Virus record (IMG/VR): IMGVR_UViG_3300021387_001666
Location: 1 to 64,000 of that record
Source: a virus
Taxonomy: Duplodnaviria > Caudoviricetes
Length of the DNA: 64,000 nt
Strand: one strand, 5' to 3'
Made by a program: the position numbers and the translations under genes. Under the pieces are notes generated by a model. The model saw only the letters and a list, made by a program, of their open reading frames with translations, was not told where the DNA came from and searched no databases. Position 1 is the first letter of the stretch. Every line of letters starts with the position of its first letter. This document shows positions 27,565 to 38,802 of this stretch, piece by piece.

Positions 27565-27849
27565 ATGAAAGTACTAAAAGTCGTTTTGTCTAATGATGCT
27601 CCTAACATGAAGGATGCCTTGTGGCTTAAGCCTGAAAAAGATGGCTATGCCCTGTATGTACCTGATGGCTCTTGGAAAAAGCTGAAGCTCTCTGCTGGCA
27701 ATGCAGAGTCTGAGGTGGCCTATGAAGAGGCAGGAGCAGCTGAAGCAGCCAAGAAGAAGCTTATTGGCAGCAGCAAGGATAAATCTACCACTATGTCTCT
27801 CTATGGTCTGAAGGCCTATGTAGATGAGCAGATAGCAAGTTTGGAATAA
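27565..27849 (+). CDS. Small structural/fibre-associated protein
   Basis: AP...LWLKP N-terminal motif; LYGLKAYVD. Confidence 0.6.
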   Translation: MKVLKVVLSNDAPNMKDALWLKPEKDGYALYVPDGSWKKLKLSAGNAESEVAYEEAGAAEAAKKKLIGSSKDKSTTMSLYGLKAYVDEQIASLE

Positions 27850-27864
27850 AAACAGCAGTTGTCT

Positions 27865-28344
27865 ATGGGAGTATTAAGTTCTATATGGTATGGTAAGGAA
27901 GAACCTCCCCGCAGAAACATGATGTGGGCAAGGCCTGTTGATGGTGGTTTTGCCTTCTACATATTTGATGGAAAGTGGAAGCCTCAGAAGGTAATGAATG
28001 ATGAATCTACTGCCTATACAGGTGATGATGCAGTTCTGCATTTGGAGAATGCAGAAATCAATGAGCCTTATACCAATGTATATATAGGTATAGGTGAGAC
28101 TGCTGAGGATGTCCTGCTTCCTGTCAATTTGTATGAAAGTGTCAAAAAGGGATTTACTATTTCCTTCACCAATGCCTCAGGGCATATATATGTCCTCAGT
28201 AAGTCAGAGAGACTGCCTAAGCTCAGCATGAATAACTACTATATTCCTGCCAACACAGGTACAATCACAATAGATGGAGTCCTCTTTTTTGTACTTAAAA
28301 GTGAGAACAGCTATGGTGGCAGCTTTGTTATAGAAGTAAACTAA
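27865..28344 (+). CDS. Structural/fibre-associated protein
   Basis: EPP...MWARP N-terminus; C-terminal domain shared with 57728 and 59410 products. Confidence 0.6.
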   Translation: MGVLSSIWYGKEEPPRRNMMWARPVDGGFAFYIFDGKWKPQKVMNDESTAYTGDDAVLHLENAEINEPYTNVYIGIGETAEDVLLPVNLYESVKKGFTISFTNASGHIYVLSKSERLPKLSMNNYYIPANTGTITIDGVLFFVLKSENSYGGSFVIEVN

Positions 28345-28359
28345 AGAAAGGAGGTACAG

Positions 28360-28971
28360 ATGATTATATTTGACCAACTTAGGATTTCAGATGATGGCAA
28401 GCGCATGTACATCAATATACATGTGAATACAGCCAGCTACTTTGATAATATCTATCTGGACAGTCTGACTATTGTCTCTGCTGATAAGGTGTCTGAGACT
28501 AGTCCCACTGTTCCAAGTACAGATTATATTTATCAGAAGACCTTTGATGGCAATACCAAAGAAGCTGCTTTGGTACTTCAGCCTGTAGACTTCAATGAGC
28601 AGTTTGCTGGCAATGATTTCAGCCATGACTTGTTCTTTGTGTATGTCAAGGTAAAAGGAACACCTGATGCATGTACCCCTTGTAGGCTTGATGAAGAGAT
28701 TACCCTTGGAGTGACCTTCGATGAGAACCTGCTTTATCAGAGAGTGATGCAGTTTACCAAGAGTCTGGCCAATGACTGTCAGATACCAGTAGAATTTACA
28801 GATTTCATTCTGCTGTGGAATGCCTTCAAGGCCAGCATAGAGACAGAACACTATATTCCTGCTGTCAAGTACTACAACATGCTGTTTGGCAGGGATTCTT
28901 CTGGTCAGCCTTATGGTGCTTATAATAGTTCATCTGGTATAATCACTAAACCCTGTGGATGTCATGGATGA
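28360..28971 (+). CDS. Tail hub-type structural protein
   Basis: Ends KPCGCHG; crAss synteny. Confidence 0.65.
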   Translation: MIIFDQLRISDDGKRMYINIHVNTASYFDNIYLDSLTIVSADKVSETSPTVPSTDYIYQKTFDGNTKEAALVLQPVDFNEQFAGNDFSHDLFFVYVKVKGTPDACTPCRLDEEITLGVTFDENLLYQRVMQFTKSLANDCQIPVEFTDFILLWNAFKASIETEHYIPAVKYYNMLFGRDSSGQPYGAYNSSSGIITKPCGCHG

Positions 28972-29332
28972 ACTGTTGTATAATGCCCTTGGTAACTACT
29001 ATCATGCTTTAGAGCTGAAGGGATATATGTCTCATAGTCATGCACAGAAGCTGCTGTTGCTGATATTCTACAGAGACTTTGTGTTTCATGACTACAGAGG
29101 GTTACTGAGCAGAGAAGACTATCTTCTGATAGAAAGAGCTTTAGACTGTCTTTGGGGCAGTTCATGTTTAATTCCTTATCCTGATTATTTGAAGATGAGT
29201 AAACTACATTTAGGTGCAATGACTGAAATAGGTCAGAGAGTCAAGACCCTTGAGGATACAGAAGTATTGAAGACCATGCTTGCTGATGGTTCCAGTGATT
29301 CAGATATTATTATTACCAAAGAAGAGGACTAA
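28964..29332 (+). CDS. Tail hub-type structural protein 2
   Basis: Overlaps previous stop; helical; crAss synteny. Confidence 0.6.
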   Translation: MDELLYNALGNYYHALELKGYMSHSHAQKLLLLIFYRDFVFHDYRGLLSREDYLLIERALDCLWGSSCLIPYPDYLKMSKLHLGAMTEIGQRVKTLEDTEVLKTMLADGSSDSDIIITKEED

Positions 29333-29422
29333 CAATCATCCTTAACACGGTAAATAGTTTCTTTAATGTGGCTCAGAGGTATGCTATAAAGTAGTACCTT
29401 TGAGCCATAAAAATATATAATT

Positions 29423-30127
29423 ATGAAGATAAGTGAATTAGTATATAGTTGTCTAGATTTATCCAAAGCAGCAACATCAGATGATTCTTGGGTAACTGAG
29501 GAACATGTTATATTCCTGCTGAAGAAGTACCGTAGCTTCCTCATTAAGAAGGAGCAGGATAAAGAGAAAGGCAGTCAGGAGGTAGCTTCAGAGTTTGAGT
29601 ACCAGCAGATATGCCTGGACTTGGAGAAGGTAGCTGCTATGGATGGAGAGCCCTGCACAGGAGGATATTATCTGAGAACTACCCAGAAGATACCCAAGGT
29701 GTTGGAAGGTACTCAGCCAAGAGTATATCCTCTGGATTACTATCAGGGAATCAACATCAGCTATGTATCAAGGGATAGAATGAGATATGTAGGTACTAAT
29801 CCTTATCTACAGAATATTATCTATACTTCTATTGGTCCTGACCTCCACCTCTATCTGAATAGCTCAAATCCTCAGTTCCTCTATCTAAAGAAGTTGCGTA
29901 TGAGTGCCATCTTTGAAGATATAGACGAAGCAGCTGAGCTTTTGTGTGACAGTGAAGGAGAGTCTGAAAGCTGTGATGTTTTAGATATGGAATTTCCTAT
30001 TAGGGATTACCTTGTGCCTCCTCTGATTGAACTGGTAGTCAAGGAGCTTAGCGGGGTAAAATACCAGCCCAAAGATGAGAGGAACAACAGTTCAGACGAC
30101 TTATCCAAAGTTAATCAGCAGAGATAA
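29423..30127 (+). CDS. Tail ring protein
   Basis: QQICLDLEKV..C, RMRYVG.N.Y, AIFED, C-terminal DERNNSSD; promoter TACCTTTG 29395-29402. Confidence 0.75.
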   Translation: MKISELVYSCLDLSKAATSDDSWVTEEHVIFLLKKYRSFLIKKEQDKEKGSQEVASEFEYQQICLDLEKVAAMDGEPCTGGYYLRTTQKIPKVLEGTQPRVYPLDYYQGINISYVSRDRMRYVGTNPYLQNIIYTSIGPDLHLYLNSSNPQFLYLKKLRMSAIFEDIDEAAELLCDSEGESESCDVLDMEFPIRDYLVPPLIELVVKELSGVKYQPKDERNNSSDDLSKVNQQR

Positions 30128-30621
30128 TGGCAGCAACAGTACGCAATTATAAGATTACCAATTCTATCGGTGTGTATGACATATACAAAGCCATTAGGAA
30201 ACATGGCTGGTTTAATATAGGAAGGCCACTGAAGGAACATGAGTTCTATACTATTATCAGGAGCATTAACAAGCTACTGGCAGAAAATATCATAAATGGA
30301 GAGACTGTAGTTTTTCCAGAACAGATGGGCAGCTTGGAGCTGAGAAAGTATCCTAAAGGAGTGAGTTTTGTAAATGGTAAGCTAAAAAATACCTATCCAA
30401 TAGACTGGGGAAGTACTAATAAGCTCTGGGCAGAGGATGAGGAAGAGAAAGCAAAACATACTCTGATTAGATATGAAAGTCCTATGGTCTATCATGTCAG
30501 GTATTGCAAAGAAAATGCCACCTATGAGAATAAGATTTTCTATCAGTTCAGGCTACATCAGAAAATAAAGAAAAGACTCAAGGATAACATCATTAATGGT
30601 AAAACAGATACACTATGGTAA
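30127..30621 (+). CDS. IHF/HU-like protein
   Basis: G.TVVFPEQMGSLELRK, IDWGSTNKLW motifs of crAss IHF-like gene. Confidence 0.7.
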   Translation: MAATVRNYKITNSIGVYDIYKAIRKHGWFNIGRPLKEHEFYTIIRSINKLLAENIINGETVVFPEQMGSLELRKYPKGVSFVNGKLKNTYPIDWGSTNKLWAEDEEEKAKHTLIRYESPMVYHVRYCKENATYENKIFYQFRLHQKIKKRLKDNIINGKTDTLW

Positions 30622-31361
30622 AGGAGATAAGATATACAAATATAAGGAGAGTTCTTGATAACCTTCATGATCATCCTATGCTCTCCAGTCTGACTTTGGA
30701 GCAAGTAGTCAGATATACTCTGAGATTCGTATCTATTCATGGGTACTCCAAGCTCTACAAAGACAAGGAGACAGATGTAGATATACATGAGTTTAGAGGA
30801 CTGCTCCCCTGTGACCTTATTAGTATTGTTCAGGTGAAGGATGATTGTAGTGGTATTTGCCTAAGGAGTATGACTGATACTTTTACTCCAGGTTTAGTAC
30901 CTCCCCCTCCCTCTCCCTCACACCCCCATCCTCACATGCCTTATATTCCTCCTATGGCCTCTGGTCATGGAGAAGCTTCCTTCAAGACACAAGGCAGGGT
31001 TATCTTCACTTCTTTTCCTGAAGGTAAAATCAAGATTGCCTATAAGGCTATTCCTGTGGATGAAGATGGTTTTCCTTTGCTGATAGACAATGAGAATTAT
31101 CTGGCTTGTCTGGAAGCTTATATTAAGAAGCAGGTGTTTACAGTCATGTTTGACCAAGGTAAAATCTCGGCAGGAGTTCTTCAGAATGCACAGACAGATT
31201 ACAGCTGGCTTAGTGGGCAACTTCAAAGTGAGTTCCAGATACCCAGCTACTCAGAAATGCAATCAATACAAAACTATGTAACTTCAATACTTCCAAGTAT
31301 GAAGGCCTTTGATAGTCACTTCAAGCATCTTGGTGACAGGGAGTATATTTACAAGCACTAA
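30615..31361 (+). CDS. Tail tubular/portal-proximal ring protein
   Basis: RGLLPCDL, IFTSFPEG.I.IAY.AIPVDEDGFPL. Confidence 0.8.
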   Translation: MVKEIRYTNIRRVLDNLHDHPMLSSLTLEQVVRYTLRFVSIHGYSKLYKDKETDVDIHEFRGLLPCDLISIVQVKDDCSGICLRSMTDTFTPGLVPPPPSPSHPHPHMPYIPPMASGHGEASFKTQGRVIFTSFPEGKIKIAYKAIPVDEDGFPLLIDNENYLACLEAYIKKQVFTVMFDQGKISAGVLQNAQTDYSWLSGQLQSEFQIPSYSEMQSIQNYVTSILPSMKAFDSHFKHLGDREYIYKH

Positions 31362-31374
31362 AGGAGGATAGACT

Positions 31375-34300
31375 ATGGCAAAGAAACTGATGAGTTGGAA
31401 GACTAAAGGAATGAACAGAGACCTGAGTGTCTCTGCTTTCAATCCTGAGTTTGCCTTTGAGAATATGAACCTCAGGCTCTCTACCAATGAGGGCAACACC
31501 ATGATGTCATGGGTTAATGAGAAGGGTACTGCTCCTATTACTGTTCAGCTTAATCTGGATAGTATCAAAGTATATCATCCACAAGCAGTGGGTGAGACAG
31601 AAGAACAGTATAACAGCAGGATAACAAATATAGCTAATGCAGGTATTCAAGGTCATGCTTTGGGAACAGCTATCCTGAATAACACCTTGGTTATCTTTAC
31701 AACAACTTATTACTATAACCAACAGGGTACTTTAGTTACGGAAAAAGACTACATTTATTGCTTGAATTATACCGGTTCAAGTAATGAATCAGGTAGGATT
31801 ATGGAGGGAAAGCTGCTGTTTGAAGGACATATGGATTTAGACCCCAACTATCCTCTTGAGACCTTAGTATCCTATGAGTCAGAGCAGGTGCAGAAAGTCT
31901 ACTGGACTGACAATAAGAACCAGCCAAGACTCATCAACATAGCAGCTACTATTCCTGATGGAGGCTATAATGACGGAACATTTGACTTTGTAAGCACCTT
32001 GCAGCTAGAAGAAGGAGTTACCATTCAGAAGATGCTGGGAGCTTCAGGTATGTTTGCCCCTGGAGTTATCCAGTATGCCTTTACCTACTTCAACAAATAC
32101 AGTCAGGAGAGCAATATCTTCTATATCTCTCCCTTGTTGTATATCTCCTTCAAGGACAGAGGTGCCTCACCTGAAGAAAAGGTAGATAATGCCTTCAAGA
32201 TTACTATTGTCAATGTTGACACTCGCTTTGACTATATCAGGGTATATTCTATTCAGAGAACCAGTATAGATGCTACACCTATTGTCAAGAGGGTACAGGA
32301 TATTAAGGTAGATGGCAGAACAAGGGTTGACTATATAGATACAGGCATTAATGGAGATTCTGTAGACCCTACAGAACTGCTGTATAAGGGTGGAGAGACT
32401 GTTGCTGTAAAGACTATGGAGCAGAAGGATAATACTCTGTTCTTAGGAAATCTGTCTATTACAAGACCAAGAATAGAAACTATTTCAATCAGTGATAATA
32501 TCACAATCTCTGCTAACAGCCATAGGACAATCTATCCTACTGTTGTTTCTATAGGAACCTACGAATATGCCAGTCAGCTGACAGCCTTTGACAGTCATGG
32601 TAATAGTGTTCCCTGTGCAGGCTTCAAGAGAGGTGACTATTACAGATGTGGTGTGCAGTTCCAATATAAGACAGGTATCTGGAGTGACCCTATCTTTATT
32701 AAAGATATAAAGGTAGAAGCTTCACCCGTTTACCATAAGGCTTCAGGCAATACTCCTGTATCTATTGATTTGCCAGTTATATCAGGAAGGATTTATGATG
32801 AAGGTAATAATACCCCTTTGGCTGATTTGGTAGGAGCAGGCTATGTGAAATTAAGACCTGTTGTGGTATATCCTAACATACAGGATAGATGTACTATTTG
32901 TCAGGGTGTGGCTAATAAGACACTTTATACTTCTGAACAGCAAGACACTACAAAATCTCTACATGGGCAGGCTTCTTGGTTCTTCAGACCCTTTAATAAT
33001 ACAGAAACTGTGGATTCCAATGGGGCTGTTTATCCTGTGTCAGGAGATTTGGAATACATGGATGCAAATGATAACCCCAGCAACATCAAGAGAACAGAAA
33101 TACAAGGCTATTATAACGATAAGCATATATTTAAGTCTCAAAGTGAATTATTCACTCTGAACTCACCCGATGTAGAGTTTGACACTCAGCTGAGCAATTT
33201 GGACTTTTCATCTTTAAAAGGAATGGAGGTAGGAACTGTTGAGTTTGAAAACACTTTATCGGATATTTCCATTCAGACAGAAAGTCCTACTATCAGTAGG
33301 AATGGTGCTGGTGTTGTCTCTAAGTCTTTTGATGCTACTAAATCCTATGGTATTGTTTCTGGTCTGTTTTATGATGATTATATTGTAGATGATAATGATG
33401 GTACTATCAGAGATTTGGAACCAGAGCATAGTGCAGTAAAGTGGATGGTTTACCTTTGGAATAAATCAGGCTCTCTAAATAATGATATTGTAAGACCTTC
33501 TAATTTAGGTACAGCCTCTGCTGTATTGAAGAAAAAGGTTATTTCCAATCTAAGATACACAGATACAGTCTTTAAGTCTGCTATGCCTAGTAGTATGGGT
33601 GCTCTTCAGGATATTCAGCTCTTTTTCAGCAATGAGGTAAGTGTTGTAAAGCTAAAGGACAAAATCTACCAAGGAAATATAGATACTATGCTTATGCCTG
33701 ATAATCCTGATGGCATGTATTTTGCCTTTAATAATTATGATGAGAATGGCATAATCACTCCAAATATAATTAATACTGATTTTACAGATTCTATAAAATG
33801 GAAAACCTATGCGAAAGGACAAGAAGCAACTAACTATGGCATTTATAAGTATGATAATGATGAGTGGAAAGTAAGTAGAAGGGAAGTAGGTGAGAGTTAC
33901 AGAGACCTTGTTATCAAGAAAGAAGGAGTGAGGATGAAATACAAATCTACCTCTCACTTGGCTATTCTTGATAGTAATAACTCTACAGCTATAACTTGGG
34001 ATGTAGTAGACAAGCTTCCTATCATAGAGATAGGTAGGGAGTTTAATGATGATGATGTACAAGCAGGTAATACCTCTCTGTTTGGTGGAAGGTCATCAGA
34101 TGCTCTGAAGGAAAATATATGGGTTCCTTGTGGTGAACCTGTATCTCTTGTGAATGCAGATGGTACTCCTCTTACCGAAAAAACTTTTGAATACTCTTAT
34201 GGTGATACCTATTATCAGCGATGGGATTGCCTGAAGACCTATCCATTCACTCCTGAGGATATTAATCAGGTGGTGGAGATTGGCAGCTTTATGCTTGAGA

Positions 34301-35652
34301 CCAGAGTAAATATAGATGGCAGGTATGACAGGAACAGAGGACAGCTGAATAATCTGAACATGACTCCTCAGAACTTCAATCTAATAAATCCTGTATACTC
34401 TCAGCTGAATAATTTCTTCACCTACAGAATACTGGATGAGGACTACTATAAGAGTAACAAGTATCCTAATCAGGTAGTATGGTCAAAAGCCAAGCAGTCT
34501 GGAGCAGATGTAGACCTGTGGACAAATATTACCCTGTCTTCCTCTATGGAGCTTGATGGAGACAAAGGACAGGTGAATAAGCTTGTCAGGTGGGATAATC
34601 AGCTCATCTGTCTGCAAGATACAGGTATCAGTCAGATACTCTATAATGAGAATACTCAGATTTCCACTGAAGCAGGAGTGCCTGTTGAAATAGCCAATAG
34701 TGAAAAGGTGCAGGGTAAGAGGTATATCAGCAACAGCATAGGCTGTTCTAACAAGTGGTCTGTAGCTACCTCTCCTCAAGGTCTGTACTTTCTGGATAGT
34801 CATAACAAGGGTATCTTCAGGTTCAATGGACAGTTGCAGAATGTCTCTGCTTCCCTTGGCTTCAGCTCATGGGCACAATGTATTCCTACAGCTGCTGGTG
34901 ATATTACTTGGACACCAGATGGTTTCAATGACTTTGTTACCTACTATGACAAGAAGAATCAGGATGTGCTGTTCATTAGTAAGGAGGAGTGTCTGGCCTA
35001 TTCTGAAAGGTTTGGAGTGTTTACCTCCTTCTATAGCTACGAGGGTATTCCCTATCTGTGTAATCTGCTGGATACTGGAATATGGTTGAGAAATGTTAAG
35101 AACAACGACACTTTCAAGACCATCCTGCATAACCATAATGAAGGAGGGTATTGCCGATTCTTTGATGCAGCCAAACCTTATCATACTATTCTTGTGGGTA
35201 ATCCAGAACCTCAAGCAGACAAGATATTCACCAACCTTGAGTTCAGGGCTACAGTGGATGGAGATGGTACACATGAGACAGTTGGTCAGGAAGAAGTGTT
35301 CAAGAAGTTCTATCTGCCTTTCAATACCTTGGAGACTTGGGATGAATATCAGAGAGGTTGGGCTCAGTTGGACATCAGGGATGGTCATGCTGCTATGATA
35401 CATCATCCTCGGCTGAATAATGATGCTTCTCTCAAGAGGAAGTTCAGGATATGGAGATGTGATATTCCGAGGGACAATGCAGACCTTAGTGATAGGGATG
35501 TAGATCTTAATATATCAAGATATAAGAAACATCCTATGGACAGGATGCGCAACCCTTGGATATACCTCAAGCTAACAAAGGACTATAAAAATAAAAAAGA
35601 GGATCTTCCAAGAGTAGAGGTACATGATTTTGTGATGACATATTACGTGTGA
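31375..35652 (+). CDS. Tail stabilization (muzzle) protein
   Basis: KGMNRDLS start, YWTDN.NQPR.IN, GDTYYQRWDCLK, KRKFRIW, RMRNPW end. Confidence 0.9.
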   Translation: MAKKLMSWKTKGMNRDLSVSAFNPEFAFENMNLRLSTNEGNTMMSWVNEKGTAPITVQLNLDSIKVYHPQAVGETEEQYNSRITNIANAGIQGHALGTAILNNTLVIFTTTYYYNQQGTLVTEKDYIYCLNYTGSSNESGRIMEGKLLFEGHMDLDPNYPLETLVSYESEQVQKVYWTDNKNQPRLINIAATIPDGGYNDGTFDFVSTLQLEEGVTIQKMLGASGMFAPGVIQYAFTYFNKYSQESNIFYISPLLYISFKDRGASPEEKVDNAFKITIVNVDTRFDYIRVYSIQRTSIDATPIVKRVQDIKVDGRTRVDYIDTGINGDSVDPTELLYKGGETVAVKTMEQKDNTLFLGNLSITRPRIETISISDNITISANSHRTIYPTVVSIGTYEYASQLTAFDSHGNSVPCAGFKRGDYYRCGVQFQYKTGIWSDPIFIKDIKVEASPVYHKASGNTPVSIDLPVISGRIYDEGNNTPLADLVGAGYVKLRPVVVYPNIQDRCTICQGVANKTLYTSEQQDTTKSLHGQASWFFRPFNNTETVDSNGAVYPVSGDLEYMDANDNPSNIKRTEIQGYYNDKHIFKSQSELFTLNSPDVEFDTQLSNLDFSSLKGMEVGTVEFENTLSDISIQTESPTISRNGAGVVSKSFDATKSYGIVSGLFYDDYIVDDNDGTIRDLEPEHSAVKWMVYLWNKSGSLNNDIVRPSNLGTASAVLKKKVISNLRYTDTVFKSAMPSSMGALQDIQLFFSNEVSVVKLKDKIYQGNIDTMLMPDNPDGMYFAFNNYDENGIITPNIINTDFTDSIKWKTYAKGQEATNYGIYKYDNDEWKVSRREVGESYRDLVIKKEGVRMKYKSTSHLAILDSNNSTAITWDVVDKLPIIEIGREFNDDDVQAGNTSLFGGRSSDALKENIWVPCGEPVSLVNADGTPLTEKTFEYSYGDTYYQRWDCLKTYPFTPEDINQVVEIGSFMLETRVNIDGRYDRNRGQLNNLNMTPQNFNLINPVYSQLNNFFTYRILDEDYYKSNKYPNQVVWSKAKQSGADVDLWTNITLSSSMELDGDKGQVNKLVRWDNQLICLQDTGISQILYNENTQISTEAGVPVEIANSEKVQGKRYISNSIGCSNKWSVATSPQGLYFLDSHNKGIFRFNGQLQNVSASLGFSSWAQCIPTAAGDITWTPDGFNDFVTYYDKKNQDVLFISKEECLAYSERFGVFTSFYSYEGIPYLCNLLDTGIWLRNVKNNDTFKTILHNHNEGGYCRFFDAAKPYHTILVGNPEPQADKIFTNLEFRATVDGDGTHETVGQEEVFKKFYLPFNTLETWDEYQRGWAQLDIRDGHAAMIHHPRLNNDASLKRKFRIWRCDIPRDNADLSDRDVDLNISRYKKHPMDRMRNPWIYLKLTKDYKNKKEDLPRVEVHDFVMTYYV

Positions 35653-35781
35653 AGAATTGTTTGTCTATACTGAACGAGGTAGGGAAATCTTAATGGTTTC
35701 CTTACCTTTTTTTATACTGGGTTTAAGTCTTGAAGTATTTCTAAGTCTAATACTTATCTTTGCAACAAAAATATACTTAGG

Positions 35782-38700
35782 ATGAAGAAGAATAAGTTAT
35801 ATACAGTCAATGAATGGAACCAACCGGCATTTATGCTTAAGAATAGGTTTGATTGGGGAGGATTGGCAGCAGCAGACAGGAGAGCTAATCCTTGGAACTA
35901 TGTTGATGATGAAGACATTACCCAGCAATACATGAACTCCAAGAATGCCTTTGGAATTTCAAAGGCAGATAATCCTTTTAGTAAAGGTAATATTAAGAGT
36001 ACAGCAGCTGCTGTAGGCACAGCTTTGGCTCCAACTGTGGGGAGTCTTATCAGTGATGGCTATGAGTCAGGTGCTGGAGATGCTATAGGTACTGTTGGAA
36101 GTACTGTTGGAAATGCCTTAAAAACGGTTAATCCTCTTTTGGGAACTGCTGTTGATTTTGGCTCTCAGTTTCTTAAAGGACTTACCAACAGGGCTATTGG
36201 CATCAAGACAAACCAAGCAGCTTTGAACAGAGCCAATAATAGTATCAATACATTGAATGGCTTTGTAAGTAATGCAGGTTCTTTTGATGCCGTACAAGGC
36301 CCTGAGGCTGTGGCTACAGAGAAGGTCTATGAAGGAGGCTGGTTTAGTGGAAGCAAGGCAAGGAGGAAGAACAGAGCCCTTCAAGAGAGATTGAATAATG
36401 CCAAATCTTTTGCCTTCAGAAGTGTGGATAATAACATTAATAACTTAGCAGAAGACCAGATGAACAATGCACTGGCTAACTACAGTGCCTATGGTGGTCC
36501 TCTCGATATGCTTGAAGATACAACCAATATGGGAGCAATAGAATATGGTTTTATGAGTGACTATCTTACAGAGAAGAGACGTCAGAATGAATTAAAGAAC
36601 AAACTATCTGGTATGGCTACTGTTCCTGCCTTTATGCCAAACAGCTATGCTATTGGAGGTGATTTGCAGACTAATGGAGCGGATTTTTCTGATGGCCTAA
36701 CAATTATTAGTGCAGGAGGAACACATGAGTCAAATCCAAATGAAGGAGTACAGCTTGGTGTTGATTCAGAAAATGTTCCAAATTTAGTTGAAGAGGGTGA
36801 GACCATTTTCAATGATTATGTTTATAGCAATAGAATATTGGCTGATGAAGCCACTAAGCAGCTGTTTAGACTGCCTAAGAAAAAGGATATTACCTTTGCA
36901 GAGATTTCCAAGAAGCTTGAGAAGGAGATTGCAGAGAGACCCAACGATCCTATCAGTAAAAGTTCTTTTGAGAAACAGATGGCAGAACTGGCAGATGAGC
37001 AGGAGAGACAAAAGCAAGAGATGGAGGCTGAAAGAGCCAAGGCAGCTTTTGAAGCACTGACTCCTGAGGAACAGGCAGCTGTTATGCAAGAGGTTTCTGC
37101 AAGACAGAATATTGCTGCACAAGAGCAAGCTATAGCAGAGCAGCAAGCTATGCAGCAGCCTACTCCTGAGGAAGCAGCTATGATGCAGCAGCAACAGATG
37201 TTGCAGGCTGATGGTAGTGAGGCTGCTTTAGGGCAGGAGCCTCAGATGAATTGCTTTGGTGGTAAGATTAATAAGTTTGAGGAAGGAGGTAGAAAGAGGA
37301 ATGCAGGCACATGGAAGAAGGGAACTTCTTCAGAAAACTGGAATACCTATACAAGAGGAGGTCTGAGAGACTATCTGAACAGCATTATAGAAAGAGTGAA
37401 CAATGCTTCTTCTGAAGAAGAAAAGAATAAGATACGTCAGGAAGCCATCAAGACTGTAGGAGATATTCAGCAGGCCTATGCAAAGGCTTATCAGAGTAGT
37501 CTTACTCCCTCACAGGAAAATGAAGCTGTAAGAACTCTCCAGTCCTTATTCCAACAGGCTAATGGAAATGCCTACTTTGGCAATATCTCAGACAACATTA
37601 ATCTTCCAGCAGGCCACAATACTACAGATACAGAGAAAGGCGGTTATGTAGATGCCTTATGGGGACCAAGGACTTCTATCAGAAACTGGGGTTCTACAGA
37701 ATATGGAGATGCAGACTATTATAAAGACTTGGCAGACTTGGCTACTCAGGCAGGTTTAGTCTATGCTCCAAATGCAGACTGGACTTATGGTGATAATCAG
37801 CTATATGGACTCTCTATGCCAGCACCTGTCAATAATGAAGGTACTACTTCTACTGTTACACCTACAGGAAGGGTATTTCATGCAATGGATGGTGATGACT
37901 ATGATGGATATATAGAAGGTGCTTTTGGTCCTAATGTAGGAGCAGAAACCAGAAGAGAAGTTCTTCCAAATGGTGATACTGTTATCTATCATGGCAGAGC
38001 AAATGCTTCTGTTGGTAATGAAGGAGTAACAGCTCCTGGAACTAAGAATGACAGAGTGACTCCAAAGCATAAGGCAGGATGGCTGAGATATGCAGGACTG
38101 TTTGGACCTGCTGTAGGTCTTGGCTTACAGGCATTGGGTGTAGGCAGGCCAGATACTGCAAGTCTGGATGCAGCTATTAGCAGTTCAGGCGATGTAAATC
38201 TTGCAGACTATCAACCTATTGGTAACTATCTTACCTATAGGCCTCTTGATATATGGTATCAGCAAAATGCACTAAATGCCCAGAGCAGGGCTACTGACAG
38301 GGCACTTCTGAATAACAGCTCTCCATCAAGGATGTCAGGATTGCTGGCTAATGGCTACAACAGTCAGATAGCTTCAGGTAATTTGTTCAGACAAGCACAG
38401 GAATATAATGATGCTCTACAAAAACAAGTAGAGGAGTTTAACAGAGGAACTAACCAATTCAATGCTGAAGCTTATAACAGGAATAGTCAATTCAATGCAG
38501 ATGCAAAGAACAGGGCAAGACAGTATAATGCACAGCTGAGACTACAGGCAGCCAGAGAAAAAATAGATGCAGATGCAGGTTGGTATAATGGTCTCTATGG
38601 TAATCTGTCAGGTCTATTTAAGGGTATTAGTGATATAGGTCGTGAGAATGAGCAGTTTAACTGGCTTTCAGACCTTGCTGCTGATGGAGCCTTTGGCAAT

Positions 38701-38787
38701 CTTGGTACTAGCAACACTGGCAGAAGGTGGACTAAAGAGCAGAAAGCCAAGGGAGGCAAGATAAAGAAGAGAGGTTTAACTATTTAA
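35782..38787 (+). CDS. Virion cargo/ejection protein 1
   Basis: GGTHESNP.GV...VEEGETI..DYVYSNR conserved crAss domain, Gly-rich segments, several xxGG motifs; promoter 35755-35762. Confidence 0.75.
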   Translation: MKKNKLYTVNEWNQPAFMLKNRFDWGGLAAADRRANPWNYVDDEDITQQYMNSKNAFGISKADNPFSKGNIKSTAAAVGTALAPTVGSLISDGYESGAGDAIGTVGSTVGNALKTVNPLLGTAVDFGSQFLKGLTNRAIGIKTNQAALNRANNSINTLNGFVSNAGSFDAVQGPEAVATEKVYEGGWFSGSKARRKNRALQERLNNAKSFAFRSVDNNINNLAEDQMNNALANYSAYGGPLDMLEDTTNMGAIEYGFMSDYLTEKRRQNELKNKLSGMATVPAFMPNSYAIGGDLQTNGADFSDGLTIISAGGTHESNPNEGVQLGVDSENVPNLVEEGETIFNDYVYSNRILADEATKQLFRLPKKKDITFAEISKKLEKEIAERPNDPISKSSFEKQMAELADEQERQKQEMEAERAKAAFEALTPEEQAAVMQEVSARQNIAAQEQAIAEQQAMQQPTPEEAAMMQQQQMLQADGSEAALGQEPQMNCFGGKINKFEEGGRKRNAGTWKKGTSSENWNTYTRGGLRDYLNSIIERVNNASSEEEKNKIRQEAIKTVGDIQQAYAKAYQSSLTPSQENEAVRTLQSLFQQANGNAYFGNISDNINLPAGHNTTDTEKGGYVDALWGPRTSIRNWGSTEYGDADYYKDLADLATQAGLVYAPNADWTYGDNQLYGLSMPAPVNNEGTTSTVTPTGRVFHAMDGDDYDGYIEGAFGPNVGAETRREVLPNGDTVIYHGRANASVGNEGVTAPGTKNDRVTPKHKAGWLRYAGLFGPAVGLGLQALGVGRPDTASLDAAISSSGDVNLADYQPIGNYLTYRPLDIWYQQNALNAQSRATDRALLNNSSPSRMSGLLANGYNSQIASGNLFRQAQEYNDALQKQVEEFNRGTNQFNAEAYNRNSQFNADAKNRARQYNAQLRLQAAREKIDADAGWYNGLYGNLSGLFKGISDIGRENEQFNWLSDLAADGAFGNLGTSNTGRRWTKEQKAKGGKIKKRGLTI

Positions 38788-38802
38788 TATGGAGGAGTAG
38801 AT